Shown: one piece after another, positions 62,310 through 64,000 of the stretch
Numbering within the stretch: position 1 is the stretch's first letter
Layout of the letters: each line of letters begins with the position of its first letter
DNA from: Leidyana gryllorum EB-2025a
Lineage: Eukaryota > Protista > Apicomplexa
Length of the DNA: 64,000 nt
NCBI GenBank assembly: GCA_048772705.1
Contig: JBLWGC010000104.1
Span: forward strand, 682,001-746,000
Direction: 5' to 3'
Translations under genes and position numbers: made by a program
Notes under the pieces: model-generated
The model's input: the letters and a program-made list of their open reading frames with translations, nothing else
The model's database searches: none
What the model was told of the DNA's origin: nothing

Positions 62310-63098
62310 TCAAAGGCTGCTGTCTTTGTGGGCAATCCAGGCTTCAAACAAGAATCCACGGAACCAATCGTAATAACGGGTGAATCCAGCATCTCTGAGC
62401 CTCTTCTCGTGGGTGATGATAGTGTCAGGTAGGAGCACCCCTTCCAAAGCCCGTTCTTTCAGCGCTATCTCCTCCTCCGAGTATCCATTGAGTGCCTTGA
62501 AGTTGTGATAGAGTTCGCGCAAATACGCCTGATCAGTCTCGTTCTCGGCTTTGCACTTCTCAGCCAGGATCAGTATGCCGCCAGGAAGCAGAACATCGTA
62601 TATGTGCGCGATCAAGGCGTCGCGACTTGAGGGGTCCAGGAACTGCAGAGTGAACGTACACAATACCATGTGACAGGGCTTCAGCCGCATCTTGGTGATG
62701 TCTCCGAGTATCACCTCGGTCTCGGCGTTGGTAACTTGGGCCTGCAAATACTTGGTGGCTGCTTGAACCATCGGTTCAGACGAGTCGATGGCAACGATCT
62801 GAGACCCCGCATTAATGGGGAGGCCTTTGCTGGCGGCGATGGCGGCGTGTCCCCAAGCAGCTCCCAAATCATATATCAGCAGCTTCTCCTCGGGTTGGAC
62901 TTGGAGGGTGCGGGTAATGGCAGTAATTCCGTCCAAGAGCAGTTCGTAGCCCGGAATCGAGCGCCTGATCATGTCATCAAAAACCTCGGAGACTGTAGCC
63001 CCAAACTCGAATGGGAAGGGGGGCTCAACGCCCTTGAAGACCTCATCTTTCTGTCGGAGGGGGAGAGAACCTGCGTCAGATGCGAGAGGTTTAGTCAT
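62310..63098 (-). CDS. cmoA: Bacterial-type carboxy-SAM synthase (CmoA) homolog, intronless
   Basis: F...V..VFDDMIRRSIPGY, YDLG, IAID.S..M, GDI, FTLQFL, IY..L.PGG.L.L.EK, H.FK..NGYS..EI..K...LE.V and H..RL..AGF are colinear with bacterial CmoA. Confidence 0.88.
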   Translation of the reverse strand: MTKPLASDAGSLPLRQKDEVFKGVEPPFPFEFGATVSEVFDDMIRRSIPGYELLLDGITAITRTLQVQPEEKLLIYDLGAAWGHAAIAASKGLPINAGSQIVAIDSSEPMVQAATKYLQAQVTNAETEVILGDITKMRLKPCHMVLCTFTLQFLDPSSRDALIAHIYDVLLPGGILILAEKCKAENETDQAYLRELYHNFKALNGYSEEEIALKERALEGVLLPDTIITHEKRLRDAGFTRYYDWFRGFLFEAWIAHKDSSL

Positions 63099-63135
63099 GA
63101 GGAATCTTTTCTACTCTGCCCAGTCGCGGTCGCCC

Positions 63136-63859
63136 TCAATTGGCGTGTTGAAGCCCGTCGAATGATTTACAGGGTTTGACTGGCTGGAGGTTGAGGAAAA
63201 AATACGGAGTCTCCAATCGGAAATGGCTCAACATGAGATAACAAGACACATAACTACAGAAAAATAGCCTCAAATACAGCTTAAGCATAAGCATTAGCGA
63301 GTATGTCATAAAGAAACATACTCGTGATGGGGTCTCCGGTGCCACACGTCACACAGAGTACGCCCAAGAGTTCGCTCAGATGAGACTGTATCATCTATTT
63401 GGGTTGCTATTTGCATGTCGTCGGCCGACAGCGGTTGGGAGAGTGTTCTCGTATCATTCAATTTCAGACACACTTTCCCTTCAAAGCCCAGTAGAGATAC
63501 AATCATGATGAGATGGAGTTCCAGCACGGGATCTGTTCCGAAGGGCCAGCGAAATACAGCTAATCCCTCCTCCTCATGTAGTCAGGCAGTTAATGCGCTC
63601 GTCAATAGGAGACTTCAATGACATCTTCGTCTAGTCCGATAACAGGATAGGCATGACACGTTTGCAGCAGTGATATCTCGAGGTCGGACGGACGACCCCA
63701 AGGCCCGTATTTGTGCCCTGCGGACTCATTCACATGATCTTCCACCTGGAGTCGCACCAGGTTGGCAACAGCTTCCACCTCCCTAAAATACTGAGGGAGT
63801 GACCTCGTTTGGGAGCTTTCCAGACATGATTCCTTAGTACGAACGGGGGAGCACGCCAT
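63136..63859 (-). other. Fragmented ORFs; possible spliced hypothetical gene or pseudogene
   Basis: Three short same-strand ORFs (63602-63859, 63306-63527, 63136-63345); no motif or clean splice model found. Confidence 0.25.
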
Positions 63860-64000
63860 CAGAATTTGTAGCGATCAAATCTAAAGTCTAACGCAGAGAT
63901 TGGGGTTTTCAAGATTCAGATTCTTTTGGGTTAAAGACGTGTCAGGTGTGTCTTGCGCCATCTGATCTTCACATTGCCTAACTAACTATCGATCTAAACG

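Noticed and set aside
63136-63859. Possible cmoB partner upstream of cmoA
   Set aside because: No SAM-binding or CmoB motifs in any of the short ORFs.

Overview
This is eukaryotic DNA from a very compact, gene-dense protist genome. Introns are GT..AG and mostly 35-60 bp, and intergenic gaps are often under 100 bp. A kinase+4xEF-hand CDPK, an alveolate-type GAS2-like domain and a HAD2-like phosphatase domain suggest an alveolate, probably apicomplexan/gregarine-like (inference). About 33 genes can be reconstructed by splicing the ORF track by eye. They include RAD5-like, ABCC/MRP, HAT1, WBP2-like, CDPK, a very large DOA10/MARCH6, a protoglobin-type globin, RTEL1-like, PGM, dynein intermediate chain, HOP1, GAS2-like, PKA-R, RBM22, HVA22, MPDU1, glutamate 5-kinase, SF1/BBP, an RRM-HAD fusion, BUD23, RPS15, an atypical Hsp70 and a bacterial-type CmoA. 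Four things stand out. (1) An intronless CmoA homolog has an altered Cx-SAM pocket (Arg199 position is Glu). (2) A ~2 kb cassette (11041-13022) holds one orphan ORF and an AT-rich tail, bounded by imperfect inverted ends like a viral panhandle, and is a candidate endogenous viral segment. (3) There is a single-domain sensor globin. (4) There is an RRM + HAD phosphatase fusion. No rRNA, tRNA or CRISPR features were recognised. Family calls come from remembered motifs rather than database searches, and exon boundaries are manual.
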